DNA of 64,000 nt from Penicillus capitatus. Its lineage: Eukaryota > Plantae > Chlorophyta. The stretch lies in NCBI GenBank assembly GCA_965649825.1, contig OZ287694.1:1239197-1303196 (forward strand). The letters run 5' to 3'. The notes below the pieces were generated by a model. The model did not search any database, was not told where the DNA came from, and worked only from the letters and a program-made list of their open reading frames with translations. Every line of letters starts with the position of its first letter. The stretch's first letter is position 1. The translations under genes were made by a program, and so were the position numbers. Shown here one piece after another: positions 1 through 12,982 of the stretch.

Positions 1-2
1 TT

Positions 3-1055
3 CACAGAGCGCTTGAACAGTATCCCCTGTTGCCCTGTTGGCTGGAAAAAGACCTGCTCAATACCTCTACCCCTCGCAACGCCTCGCTCTTCTTTGCAGC
101 CTCTTTGCGCGATGCCGAGCATATCATGCCGAACTTCATTGTCCAGGTGTGCCGTTTGGCGCTACGTTTCCGACGAGAGAAGCTCTTTGTGTCGATTTAC
201 GAGAGCTCCAGTCATGACCGAACGCCACAATGGCTTCTCGTATTGAAAGAGTTACTGGATCTGCTACGTTGCCCCAATCGCGTCGTCATTTTCGGCGCCG
301 TCCGGCCGAAAGAGGACGAGCATTCGACGGAGTTCTATGCCAGATTGCGCAACGCCGCATTGGAGCCATTGCGCCACTACCAAGAGACGGACTTCGACAA
401 AGTCGTCATAGTCGATGACGTCTTCTTCTGTGCGCAGCAAGTCCTTCGATTGTATGCGCTGAACGTCGATATTGCCTGCGCGATGGATTATGTCGAGGCG
501 CCGCCAAGGAGGAGATGGTGGTCGATGGCTAAACCTGCCCCGCCGTTGCTGATCTTTCGCGATGTGTGGTCATCCATCGACATCACGGGTCGCCATTTCA
601 ACGCTCTGCCGCCGTTTGTACTGGACGCTTATGGGCGCGATCTGCTCTACAAGGGCAAGCCATTTCCGGTGCATTCCTGCTCGAATGGTCTGCGCGTTAT
701 GAAGACGCAACCACTCTTTGCCGACATCGTTTTTCGTGGTCGACCATCCGGATCCTGTCCGGCATCCGAAAACGTCCTTCTCTGTCAGGACTATGCCCGT
801 GCCGGGTTTCAGCAAATCGTTATTGATCCTGGCGTCAAAGTTGGCCATGTTTATCGTGAAGCTGTCCATGTACATCGCCGGGACTGTAACGGCAATGTAC
901 CGTTCGTTTCGTCAACAGAGATCGAGATCCCGACCGTCTTCCCCAATCATCCCTCGGAAGTGGAATGCTGTCAGCGTCTTGCACAAGAGAACCCCCGGCT
1001 AAAATTTAAAATCTGTCGGAAAGAGCACTTCGCTGTACGAAAAGACCGGACGTAG
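3..1055 (+). CDS. Glycosyltransferase family 69 (CAP59-like alpha-1,3-mannosyltransferase), 5' end outside window
   Basis: Motifs resemble CAP59/GT69: FDKVVIVDDVFFC, DIACAMDY, FRDVWSSIDITG, PFPVHSCSNG, CPASENVLLCQDY...IVIDPGVKV. The frame is open from position 3. TGTAA at 1058-1062 follows the stop. Confidence 0.75.
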   Translation, partial: HRALEQYPLLPCWLEKDLLNTSTPRNASLFFAASLRDAEHIMPNFIVQVCRLALRFRREKLFVSIYESSSHDRTPQWLLVLKELLDLLRCPNRVVIFGAVRPKEDEHSTEFYARLRNAALEPLRHYQETDFDKVVIVDDVFFCAQQVLRLYALNVDIACAMDYVEAPPRRRWWSMAKPAPPLLIFRDVWSSIDITGRHFNALPPFVLDAYGRDLLYKGKPFPVHSCSNGLRVMKTQPLFADIVFRGRPSGSCPASENVLLCQDYARAGFQQIVIDPGVKVGHVYREAVHVHRRDCNGNVPFVSSTEIEIPTVFPNHPSEVECCQRLAQENPRLKFKICRKEHFAVRKDRT

Positions 1056-1075
1056 TCTGTAAATCGCACGAAACC

Positions 1076-2923
1076 TTAGGCGTTGGGCCTCGATCGCTTC
1101 GGAGACGGCAATTCTGCCTCTTGACTCGATTGCAGAGCTTCTAGCACGGCTTCCCAGGACAAACCGTCTGCTCCATAACCGTCGCTATCTGCATCGCTCT
1201 CTTCACAGGGCGCATGGTCGATGACGGCCTCCACAGGCTCGATCTTTTGCACGCCTTCTTCAGGTATCTGATCCATCCGTTCCTTACCCTCTGTCTCATC
1301 TTCTGGCGTGAAATATCCCTTCTTCTGCGGCAAAGATTCCAGTGTGTCCGCTACGACCTGAACGGAAAGCTGTTTGATCGACTCTTGTGCTTGTTGCACG
1401 AGCTGCAGCTCGGGATCCTCGACGCGCCTCTCTTGTGCTTGAGGCTCTGGGGGTCTGTTTTCTGGCGGGGCAGTAAAGAAAGGAATCTTGCCTCGTTGCC
1501 AGTCGTTTAAGACCATCCTGGCCACCGTCTTCATATCCGGATCGCCTCCTTTTAGCAGTTTCCCTGATCTCCGAGCCATCTGCTCCAAGAAATCTTCTGC
1601 ATCTGACCACGATCGAATCTGATAGGCTCTGCAAAGATACTCAGGCTTCACTCTTTCGAGTACAGATGGGATATACTCCGTTGCATCATCCAACTGCTCC
1701 ACTCTTACCACGCCTTTCAGCACCGAATCGATTTTTGAGTCCTCTGTCGAGTGATGTACCACTCCAGGACAGTCGATGAGATTGATCCTTTTGATCAAGG
1801 TGATGAACTGCCAGACGCGTGTCTCGCCGGGGACGGGTGCCACTTTGCACACCTTCTTCGTCCGGAGGGTATTGATGACAGACGACTTGCCGACATTGGG
1901 ATACCCAATGAACCCTACGGAGATCGATTTCTTGTCCGATCTCAGCCGAGAGAGCTGACGCAGCACCGACAGCAATGCTCCTTTTCCAAAGGGATGGGTC
2001 AGATTAGAATGGAATGCCAGCGTGGGGTACGTTCTCGACAAGCGATGCAGCCATCTCTTTGTCACCCAGGCAGGAACCAGGTCACACTTATTCAGCAAAA
2101 GAATGAGGTGTTTGTAAGGATAGTTCTTTTTGAGATGCATTTCCAGGTGATACGATCGTGTTCCTTCAGGATCTCTCGAATCTAAGACCTGTCACATCAC
2201 GGACGCTGTATCGAACGATGGCCTGCAGGAAATGCCTTGCCTGGATCACCACGTCTGAAGAATCGATCACCTTGTAGAGCTCTCCCCAGATGCGCTTTGA
2301 CTGTCCTTTAGAAAAGAGACTGTCCATTCCTGAATCACGCAGTCCTTCATCCTCCTTCACCAAATCCTTATCCTTTGTCCCACAGTAATCCCCGGACCGA
2401 TCGTCCACGTGAGCCACGAGATCATTCAGCGTCGATGTCTCGAGTTTGGGACGGTGCCTTTTCCGTTTCCCGCCAAAGACATCTTCAAATGGCTCTACCT
2501 AAGGACACCGATCGTTAGGGCCTGTCTCGAGAGCGCTGATGTGACTTGAAGGAGTGAGGTGCTCTTGCCCACGTGAGGATTCCGCGAAGCCGGTTCTTTC
2601 AATAGCTGTAGAGGGAGTTTCTTCTCGCGTATCAATACTTTGAAGGCATCATCCACTTTCACCCGCATTTCTTCGCGGAATTTCTCCAACTGCTTTGCCC
2701 CGACGACACGGGTGTTGCCAAACCATCTCCGATCCGGTGCAATGCGCGTGTTCGGCAGGTCTCGACTCTGGAGATCCTGATGCACGATTTTGCCTTTTTT
2801 GTTGCGAACGGGCCGTTGACGATAGAGCTTCAGTCGGCGGACAGTCGCAGCAGAGCGTCGACCCGGTCCTTCGCCAGACGGTCTATTGGGATCCAACGAG
2901 TGCCTTGGCTTTCGCTGCGACAT
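1076..2923 (-). CDS. NOG2: Nucleolar GTP-binding protein 2 (NOG2/NUG2/GNL2)
   Basis: NGP1NT region ([14 protein letters not shown]) and circularly permuted GTPase motifs ([10 protein letters not shown]; [18 protein letters not shown]; LIDCPGVV). Two short introns, one of them GC-AG (2189-2240). Confidence 0.95.
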
Positions 2924-2990
2924 GTGGACGAGGCGGCGCAACGAACGCACAGGCGGTGTCTCGCCAAATGAAATGCCGTTAGGAGGGAAT

Positions 2991-4127
2991 ATGATGTCGA
3001 TGCGTTTTCGACTCGGAGCGCCGTCCACAGGGCGATCACTGCGACGGATCCGTGGTCTCGCAAGCGACACGGCAGAGAGATCGGCGATAGAGGGGCAACT
3101 GAGTGCGCGAGTGACGTTGGACAGAGGATTGTATGTGGTGTCGACCCCTCTGGGAAATTTGGGAGATGTGACCTTGCGTGCTTTGAGCGTGCTGAGAAGC
3201 GTCACATGTATCTATGCCGAAGACACGCGACGGACAAAGAAGCTTTTGAATGCGTTTGAAATGACGACGCCCCTTATCAGCTGCCACGCCCACAACGAGA
3301 TCCGTCGTGCAGAACAGATGGCCACGAGAATCGATCTCGGCGAGGTGATGATCATCACGGACGCTGCATCGCTTTGATGTGACGTTTTGGACGTCCAGGC
3401 GATTGCACTCGTCAGCGATGCCGGGACACCTGGTGTCAGCGATCCTGGCGAGAAAGTGATTTCTGTGGCCATACGGAAGGGACTGCCAGTGATTCCCATT
3501 CCCGGTCCGACAGCCGCGATCGTGGCATTAACAGGTTCAGGACTGGATGCACGTTTCTTCACCTTTGTCGGATTTCTTCCAGAAAAAGAGGGTTCGTCGG
3601 ATACATCTGCTTTGGACACCCGCCTCATCTCTGTGCCCTGCAGGAGCCTGTCGGAGAAGACTGGAAGAGATCGAAGATATCCCGACGACTCTGGTTCTGT
3701 ACGTCGCGCCCAGCGATCTCGTGACGACACTAAAACGGAGTGCAGAGATTCTGGGCGAGCACCGTCGCTGCTGCATTGCCAAGGAACTGACAAAAATCTA
3801 CGAGGTGCCATTGCGTCATTCTTTGCTCCATCTGAAACGTCGGTCCCTCTCGTGCAGTCCTTTGATCGAGGAACACTGGCGGAATGCCTCGAGCGGGCGA
3901 CCTCGGTTAAAGAGATAAAAGGAGAGATCACAGTGGTGATCGAAGGGGCAAGCAGATCTTCTGTGGACATCTCCGACGACGTGATCTCCTCCAGGTTGCA
4001 ATTGCTTCTGAAGCACGACGCTGTTCCGCTCTCCGAGACCGTCCGTCGGGTATCGCGGGAGCTCGGCATCAAGAAGAGTCGCGTATACCGCCTGGCGCTG
4101 ACATTGAAGGGCGATACGTATTGCTAG
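2991..4127 (+). CDS. rsmI: Ribosomal RNA small subunit methyltransferase I (RsmI family), probably organelle-targeted
   Basis: GLYVVSTPLGNLGDVTLRAL, YAEDTRRT, ALVSDAGTPGVSDPG, PIPGPTA, RCCIAKELTKIYE, KGEITVVIEG. Three introns. The start codon is uncertain. Confidence 0.9.
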
Positions 4128-4272
4128 CCATGCCTTCAGGTTATGGGTCAAGCCACTGGTTGGCAGAAGTGATGACGTGGGACGCATTCCGTTCGACAGG
4201 TGTCGAATTCAAATTTTGCGTTGACGGTGGAAACGACACGGCGCATTACGTAGAAATTGAAAGTACGGGACG

Positions 4273-5619
4273 ATGGCAGACTACGAGAAACTGAAAGAGG
4301 ACGTCAAACAGCTCAAGGCCGATCGCAAAGAACTTGTCCATCAACAACATGCACGCAAGCTCGTGCGCTCTCTTTGCCTACCGCGTCGCCGATTGTGCAA
4401 AGCGGTCAGATGGGCGAACGCGCTTTGGCAGAGATTCGAGGCGAATACGAAGAAGCTATCCGACAACGGGACGACGAGATCGCTCGACTGAAGAAACAGC
4501 TGAACGATTCGACGCAACGCGAAAGTCGACATCGTTCCCGACTGGACAAGTCAACTGCCTTTGCTTCACTCCGTGCCTGTCAGGTGATCGATACGGAAAA
4601 CAGGGAGATGAAGAGACTCCTTAGCAAACACAGCAAACTCGCCGTCGCCTATGAATCGGACAAGACGCTGCACAGAACGGCTATTGACCGTCTCGCTGCG
4701 GAATGCGAAGATTCCTGCAAGAAAGAAGCAGACCTTGCTCGACAGAAACTGCAGACTCAGCGCGAAGAGATGGTAACGACGGGCCGCTCACAGATCGAGT
4801 TCGATGTCGGTTGCGAGATGCTTTCACAGATGACAGAGTTTGAACTGCGGCTCAGATCGGTGCATGAGGCATACCATGGCGCGTTGAGTCGTTGGGAGTG
4901 TCGACAGGAGCAACAGACGGCACGACTGTCAGAGTTCGCTCGCTCTCTATCCGTAGAAGACAGGGCATGGTCTGTTTCCCCGCCTCCTGCTATCGATCAA
5001 GCCTCAGCCTTCGCCACTTCAGGGCTTCGAGATGTGATGCACTCGTGGAGAGTCTGGACGATCTGCAGAAGAAGGTTTTTGAGCAGCAGAAGCGAAAACT
5101 GCAGAACGTGCGCTGACGGCTCTCTCTTTATCGAGGCTGCACTGCCGATGTGGACAGGCGCTTGTTGCCACGAAGGATTTATCGGCTGCTTACTCAGAGG
5201 AAAGGAATAAGCGTGGTATGACGCAGAGGGATTTGCGGGTCGCTCTCGACGAGGGAGAGGAGAAAAGACGTCGACACGAACACGATCTCCATCACCTGCA
5301 GCAAAAACATGTGCACAATGTAGGGCACGATCTACCCCGCCGCCTGCCTGGTTGAGACGTCTTTTCTAGATCCAGACATGCCAGCAGTCTCACATGCGCG
5401 AGTTGGACGAGATCCGCCTGCGCGTTCACGAAGTGCTCGAAGAAAAGGAAAAAGTCATTGTCGATTTGACCAACAAAATGCAAGTAAGAGTGACCATGCC
5501 CAATATCTCACTCTTTTGACATCTTTTCCTTGCAGGAATTGCAGAAGACTCTGTCTGAGCAGAACATCACACTCGTTGCCTTTGCCTCGGATATGGACAT
5601 CCACCCACCCGATTCCTGA
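4273..5619 (+). CDS. Uncharacterised coiled-coil protein (multi-exon)
   Basis: Heptad-rich E/K/R/Q/L segments (YEKLKEDVKQLK..., ELDEIRLRVHEVLEEKEKVIVDL) joined through GT-AG introns. No recognisable domain. Confidence 0.55.
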
Positions 5620-5852
5620 ACAGACGTGTGTCTATCTTTCCCGTGCGAACTGCTGGCTGACAGAGGAAGAATCGGCCGGCCGCGCCTCTCTGTTTGTCCC
5701 TAACCGACACCGCCATCGATCGCATTGATCAACGGAACGGCACTTCTGCATTTGTCCATTTTACGTTTCGGAATCTGCTTCTTGTGCCGTCTGTCTGTTG
5801 TGTCCAGCCTTCTGCTCGACGCTTTCGTCCATCTTCTGAGACAGGAGGCAGT

Positions 5853-8060
5853 ATGTTCCGTTCCGTTGCACAAAAAACCTCAGCTTTACTACGGACCTTT
5901 CGTCCACTGAGCAAACAGCTCCCTTCGACGAAACCGTTTTCGACGACCGGCGCCTATCAGGTGATCGACCACCAGTATGATGCCATCGTCGTCGGGGCCG
6001 GCGGCGCAGGGCTACGTGCCGCCGTTGGGCTTTCCGAGCAAGGCTTCAATACTGTGTAAGTACCGCCGCCCGTGACGGAAAGCGAAGCTAACCTTTCTCC
6101 TCTTCCTCCAGCTGCCTAACCAAGCTCTTTCCGACACGGTCCCATACGGTCGCTGCCCAGGGAGGCATCAACGCCGCCCTGGGCAACATGACGGAGGATG
6201 ATTGGAGATGGCATGCTTACGATACCATCAAAGGAAGCGACTGGTTGGGAGATCAAGATGCGATCCAGTACATGTGCAGGTCTGCCCCTGAGTGCATCCC
6301 CTCACAACTCTCGCATGTTTGATCTGCTTCAGGGAGGCGCCAAAGGCGGTGATTGAACTGGAAAACTATGGTCTGCCCTTTTCGCGAACGGATGAAGGAA
6401 AGATCTACCAACGGGCATTTGGAGGACAGAGTTTGGATTATGGCAAGGGTGGCCAGGCCTATCGATGTGCGGCGGCGGCAGATCGTACCGGTCATGCCAT
6501 GTTGCATACCCTCTATGGCATGGCGATGAAACACAACTGCCAATTCATGGGTAAGCTGCATCGCAGACAACGTCTCTCCTCTCACTCTACGCATCGCAGT
6601 GGAGTACTTTGCTCTGGATTTGATGATGGATAAGGACGGTTCGTGCAAAGGAGTGACGGCGCTCTGCTGCGAAGACGGAACCATTCACAGAATTCAAGCG
6701 CATCAGACGATCATTGCCACGGGTGGTTATGGCAGAGCGTATTTTTCGGCGACGTCGGCCCATACGTGCACGGGAGATGGCAATGCCATGGTGGCACGCG
6801 CAGGACTCCCGCTACAGGATCAGGAATTCGTCCAGTTTCATCCGACAGGAATCTACGGAGCCGGATGTCTCATCACCGAAGGATCCAGAGGCGAAGGCGG
6901 CATCTTACGAAACTCAGAAGGAGAACGGTTCATGGAAAGGTCAGTCGAGAGCGAGTACATTCGGAAGAAACGTGTGAGAATGTGTGACAGATATGCACCG
7001 ACTGCAAAGGACTTGGCATCCAGAGATGTCGTTTCGCGCTCGATGACCCTCGAGATCCGCGAGGGACGCGGCGTCGGAGCAGAGAAAGACCATATCTTCT
7101 TGCATCTCAATCACCTTCCTCCAGAAGTCCTGGCCGAACGTTTGCCAGGCATCTCGGAGACGGCCGCCATCTTTGCCGGCGTGGATGTCACGAAGGAGCC
7201 CATCCCCGTCATCCCGACCGTTCACTACAACATGGGCGGCATCCCGACGAACCACAGAGGAGAGGCGCTGAATCCAAACAGCAAAGAACCGGATGCCGTG
7301 ATCCCTGGTCTCTTTGCAGCGGGAGAGGCTGGATGTGCATCGGTCCACGGTGCCAATCGACTGGGTGCCAATTCGCTTCTCGATATCGTTGTCTTCGGCC
7401 GTGCCGCTGCCCTTCGATGCGGTAAGCTCATCGACGCCCTCCGTTTTGCCGTTCCTCATCTTCTGGACAGGCGAGATCATGAAGCCCAACAAACCGCACA
7501 AGCCGTTGACAAAGACAGACGGCGAATCTTCGATTGCAAGACTGGACAAGCTGAGAAATGCAAAGGGCAAGTTGAGGACAAGCGATCTGAGATTGAGACT
7601 GCAGAAAGTCATGCAGAGTAATGCTGCCGTGTTCAGAACACAGAAATCACTGCAAGAGGGCGTTCAACAAGTCGATGAATGCGTCGAAGCCTTCGGAGAC
7701 ATTCAAGTCAGCGATAGGTCCCTCGTCTGGAACACGGATCTGATGGAGACGCTCGAATTGGAAAATCTACTCATCAATGCTGCCATCACACTGCACGGAG
7801 CAGAACAGAGAAAAGAAAGCCGTGGCGCCCACGCCCGAGAAGACTTCCCTAACCGCGACGACAAGACCTGGATGAAACACACACTCGGTACGGCACGATC
7901 GCTCAACATTGAACAAACGGCGTCTAAATCGATCTCTGGCTGTGCAGGGTATATGCCAACCGTCGATGAGGCCAAAGTGAACATCACTTATCGACCCGTC
8001 CACGAGAAACCACTAGATGCCGAGATGGAGTATGTTGCACCAAAGGCACGTACGTATTAG
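5853..8060 (+). CDS. SDH1: Succinate dehydrogenase flavoprotein subunit, mitochondrial
   Basis: [69 protein letters not shown] and an N-terminal presequence. Confidence 0.98.
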
Positions 8061-8406
8061 GCGACCTGCCTTGCTGCTTTTTCATTTGGACATCGCCATC
8101 GTTATTGGCTGTTGCAAGATCGCGTGTTTGCGTCAGCTGCGGGGTTGCCGACGTTGCTGTTGAATGATTCAAGTGGGTATGAAATGAACATGTCTGTTAC
8201 TGTTGTGCCAAAGCGCCCGCCGTACGGTCACATCACGGGTATCTGTGGTGCGACTGTGGCGTATCGTTTGCGTTGTTCCGTTCACGATAACGCAGATTCG
8301 TGCGTTTCTCTCGAAGAGTGGCACGCGTTTGCACTCAGCCATCGCCGCTTCGTCTTCATCTATCCGTCTTGCCAGTGCTTTCTTCGGAACGAGAGTCGCG
8401 GCCGGT

Positions 8407-9776
<1,370 letters not shown>

Positions 9777-10036
9777 TGCGAAAGATGTCGTACGGTGGAT
9801 GCGTTTTTCGGGATTTAAATGCATTACTGGCTGCTAGTTTCACAGATGTATTGTCACGTATTGCGTTATGTGTTATCGCCGCCATCTGTCGATAGATCCC
9901 AGTACTTTGTGTGATGTCCTCTATCCACCACGACAGAAAAGACACATCGCTTCACAAAAGATCTCACGCTCTCCAGAATCTCGACATGACGTACACTAAT
10001 GATCTGCCTGTCACTTAATTTACGATGTCGGTGGGT

Positions 10037-11463
10037 TCAGTACGATCCAGGCTTCTTTCCAAATTCACCACTAAATATGTTCGGCCCATGGCTTGGCAGG
10101 AGAACGGCGCTGGTCTGTGGACGCTTCCGGCTATGTGGACGTTGGACAACATCGGACGGCAGAAGGGGTTCCATTCTCAGATCGTCCTCTCTGAACAACG
10201 TGGAGAAGTAGGGATGACGCAGGCAGGTTTCGGCGGTTGGACGTTTGGCAGGGTCATGGATGAACATGGACTCCAACAGATCGATGGCATCGTGTGGCGT
10301 CCCTGTAAAGTAATCTCGAAGGTTCTGGCGCTTCATCACTGGAAACTCGTGCCAGTTATCGCAGCAACGAAGCGCTTTCCATTCTTCCTGCGTCGGCGTG
10401 CCGATGAGGCGGAAGATCAACATGAGCTGCTCGAACTGAGAGTGACCCGAAAAAAGTGTGACCTGCATCAGCAACAAGCAATGAGCAAAAGACATCGCTT
10501 AGAAGAAAAGCGCGGACATGTTCGTAGAGCTCCGAGAGAATACAGGCGGTACTCCAGATATCGACGGCAGGACTGTGTCCCCTATACCCCAACAGCACTT
10601 CAGGCGGGCGGTACCAAAGCGTGATGATCTGTACAGATGCATCTCTGCACGCAGCAAAGTGTGATAGTGTGAGAAGCGATACCTCTTCTGTCAGTTGTCG
10701 GATCGGCATCGAAGAGATTGAGCGCCCGAATCCAAAATCGGCAAGCTTTGCCGTGGGCCTCGCTTTGTCTGACGTGTCGAGCAAAATGTTGTGTGGCTTG
10801 AGATCTCGATGCATCAGTCCGACAGAGTGGCAGTGATGCAATCCCAACAGTATGTGATACATGATCCTCTACGCGTCCGCCATTCCACGACCCATTCAAC
10901 AACCGTCTCGCTTTTCGCTTACTCTGATCGAATCGGATGGCATCGGTCGCTCTTTCCCAGCATAGACGTGCAAATCGCAATCCAGGTGTTCAAAAATCTA
11001 TGCATACGATTGAGCGCCGATCGCTTGTAACAGCGCTCCTCACCATGTAACTCGTCGGTTGGTCTTGTCCTTTGCCCGGCTTGACGTGAACCACTTTAAG
11101 CAACCTGAGTCACGCGTTGACGGTCCATCGTGATGACACAGGCGATACGGCATCAAATGCACACGCTTGCTTACCCGACGACGTAAGGTGACTTCTTGAG
11201 CATCCTCAGCAACGACGTCTCGCGCAGAACGCACGGAGAAATGCCTTTCTCGTACTCCTACAGGCGCGATGATGGTTTGGGCGTTGACTTTGATGGTCAC
11301 TCAGGATTACGATGTGGTGTTGCTGTTTGATCGCGACATAGCGCCCCGTTGCCTTCTCGAGTGCGCGATAGACGGTGCCGTAAGTTCCTTCACCGAGGAA
11401 AGCCCGAGAGGGATCCGTGATTTCGTAGCCATCAATCGTCAGGAGGTTTTCTCGCGGCGGCAT
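10037..11463 (-). CDS. Divergent cyclin-dependent kinase (CDKA/CDKB-related)
   Basis: LGEGTYGTVYRA, VAIK, cyclin-binding helix GISPCVLRETSLL, HRDLKPHNILL, ADFGFG, IITLWYRPPEVLLG, LFSGHSQFEQL. Confidence 0.85.
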
Positions 11464-11613
11464 TCGGCAGCGCCTCGGGTTGCGATTGCAGACGCACGTC
11501 GCAAAGGGGGAATGGGAGGCCACGAGAAAAGCACGGCAGAAGTGACAGTTATTCATTCATTCCGCCGCTCATTATATAGAGAAACGTCCCATCCCCGTGG
11601 CCGGACGAACACG

Positions 11614-12886
11614 ATGCACAACGGAGACGCTGCTTTTGTTGACGAACTCTATGACGAAGCCGTCGAGCATTATACGAAAGTGTGAGGGCAGCCAAAAAAG
11701 AGTGAGAAATGCAGATAGGTTGTAACAGGCGATACAGAACGGTGTCGGCGCGGTTGGCTATGCCGCACGAGCTCAGGCTCAGCTGAAGCTCGGAAACTAC
11801 ATGGAAGCGGCAGAAGATGCGGGAAAAGCGATCGAATTGGACAATCGCATGGCGAAAGCGCACTTGCGCAAAGGGTGATGATGCTCACCCCATCTCACTC
11901 TTCCTACCGCAACAGCGTGTGATGTTTGATAGGATAGCGCTATTTCGAATGGAAGAGTTCGAAACGGCGAAGAGTTTTTTTGCCTCGGGCGCAAAGCTCG
12001 ATCCCAACAATGGTGTTTTTTCGATGTGGCTTCGCAAATGCGATGCCGAAATGGAAGGTGACCGTTTCACACTAAATGACGGACTTTTCTCACACTCTTT
12101 GGACGTTAAGAGGAAGATGCCGAAATGGAGGAGCCAGTCGCAACAGAAACGCCGCCGCCACCGCCGCCGCCCACTGCGCCCGAGACGAAACCAGAGGAAC
12201 GGAATGATCATCAAGCATTGGCGCCAAGTGCACCCCAACCCATGACACGAAAGTACAGGTAAAGTGTTGAGATCAATGTGCCTGTGTCTCGATCGGTCAC
12301 ACCTTATCTATCTAGACACCAATGGTATCAGACGCAGACACATGCATACGTCGAAGTCTTTGCCAAGAAGCTCACATCAGATCGCGTCTTGATCAAAATC
12401 GAGAAAGATCGGTTGGAGATCCGGACGAAAGAGTCCGCCGAGGATCCCAACTTCGACTACGAATTACTGCTCGATCTGAGCGAAGTGATTGTACCCGAGG
12501 AGAGTCGCTTCTCCATTCTCACCACCAAACTCGAAATCAAGCTCAAGAAAGACATGCCTGGACACAACTGGACCTCATTGGAGCACGGTAAGTCTGCAGA
12601 GGATGACGATGAGACGCTGCATTATCCAACATCTGCCAAGAAGACAATCGACTGGAGCAAATTGGAGGCGGATGTGAAGCAGGACGAAGAGAATGAGAAA
12701 GAAGAGGGCGATGCCGCCGTGCAGAAGCTCTTTCAGAAGATCTACGCCGACGCCGACGAAGACACGCGTCGCGCGATGAATAAATCTTTTCAGGAGAGCA
12801 AAGGCACTTGTCTGTCGACCAACTGGTCGGAGGTCGGGTCCAAAACGATGTCGCCGTCGCCTCCTGACGAGGCAGACAATCGATGA
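11614..12886 (+). CDS. SGT1: SGT1 co-chaperone (TPR-CS-SGS)
   Basis: TPR start (AFVDELYDEAVEHYTK), CS domain (RHQWYQT), SGS domain (GDAAVQKLFQKIYADADEDTRRAMNKSFQES...LSTNW). TGTAA at 12888-12892. Confidence 0.95.
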
Positions 12887-12982
12887 ATGTAACGCGTCGC
12901 ATTCTGTTCTGTTTCACTCGCCTCGCTGTCGTCATCGATCGCTCTATACTTTGAGCATCTAAATCGTCTTTTTGTCAACAAA

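Noticed and set aside
2979-2993. Shine-Dalgarno-like AGGAGG before the RsmI ATG, suggesting a recent bacterial transfer
   Set aside because: The gene has spliceosomal introns and a transit-peptide-like extension, and a 6-mer is expected by chance.
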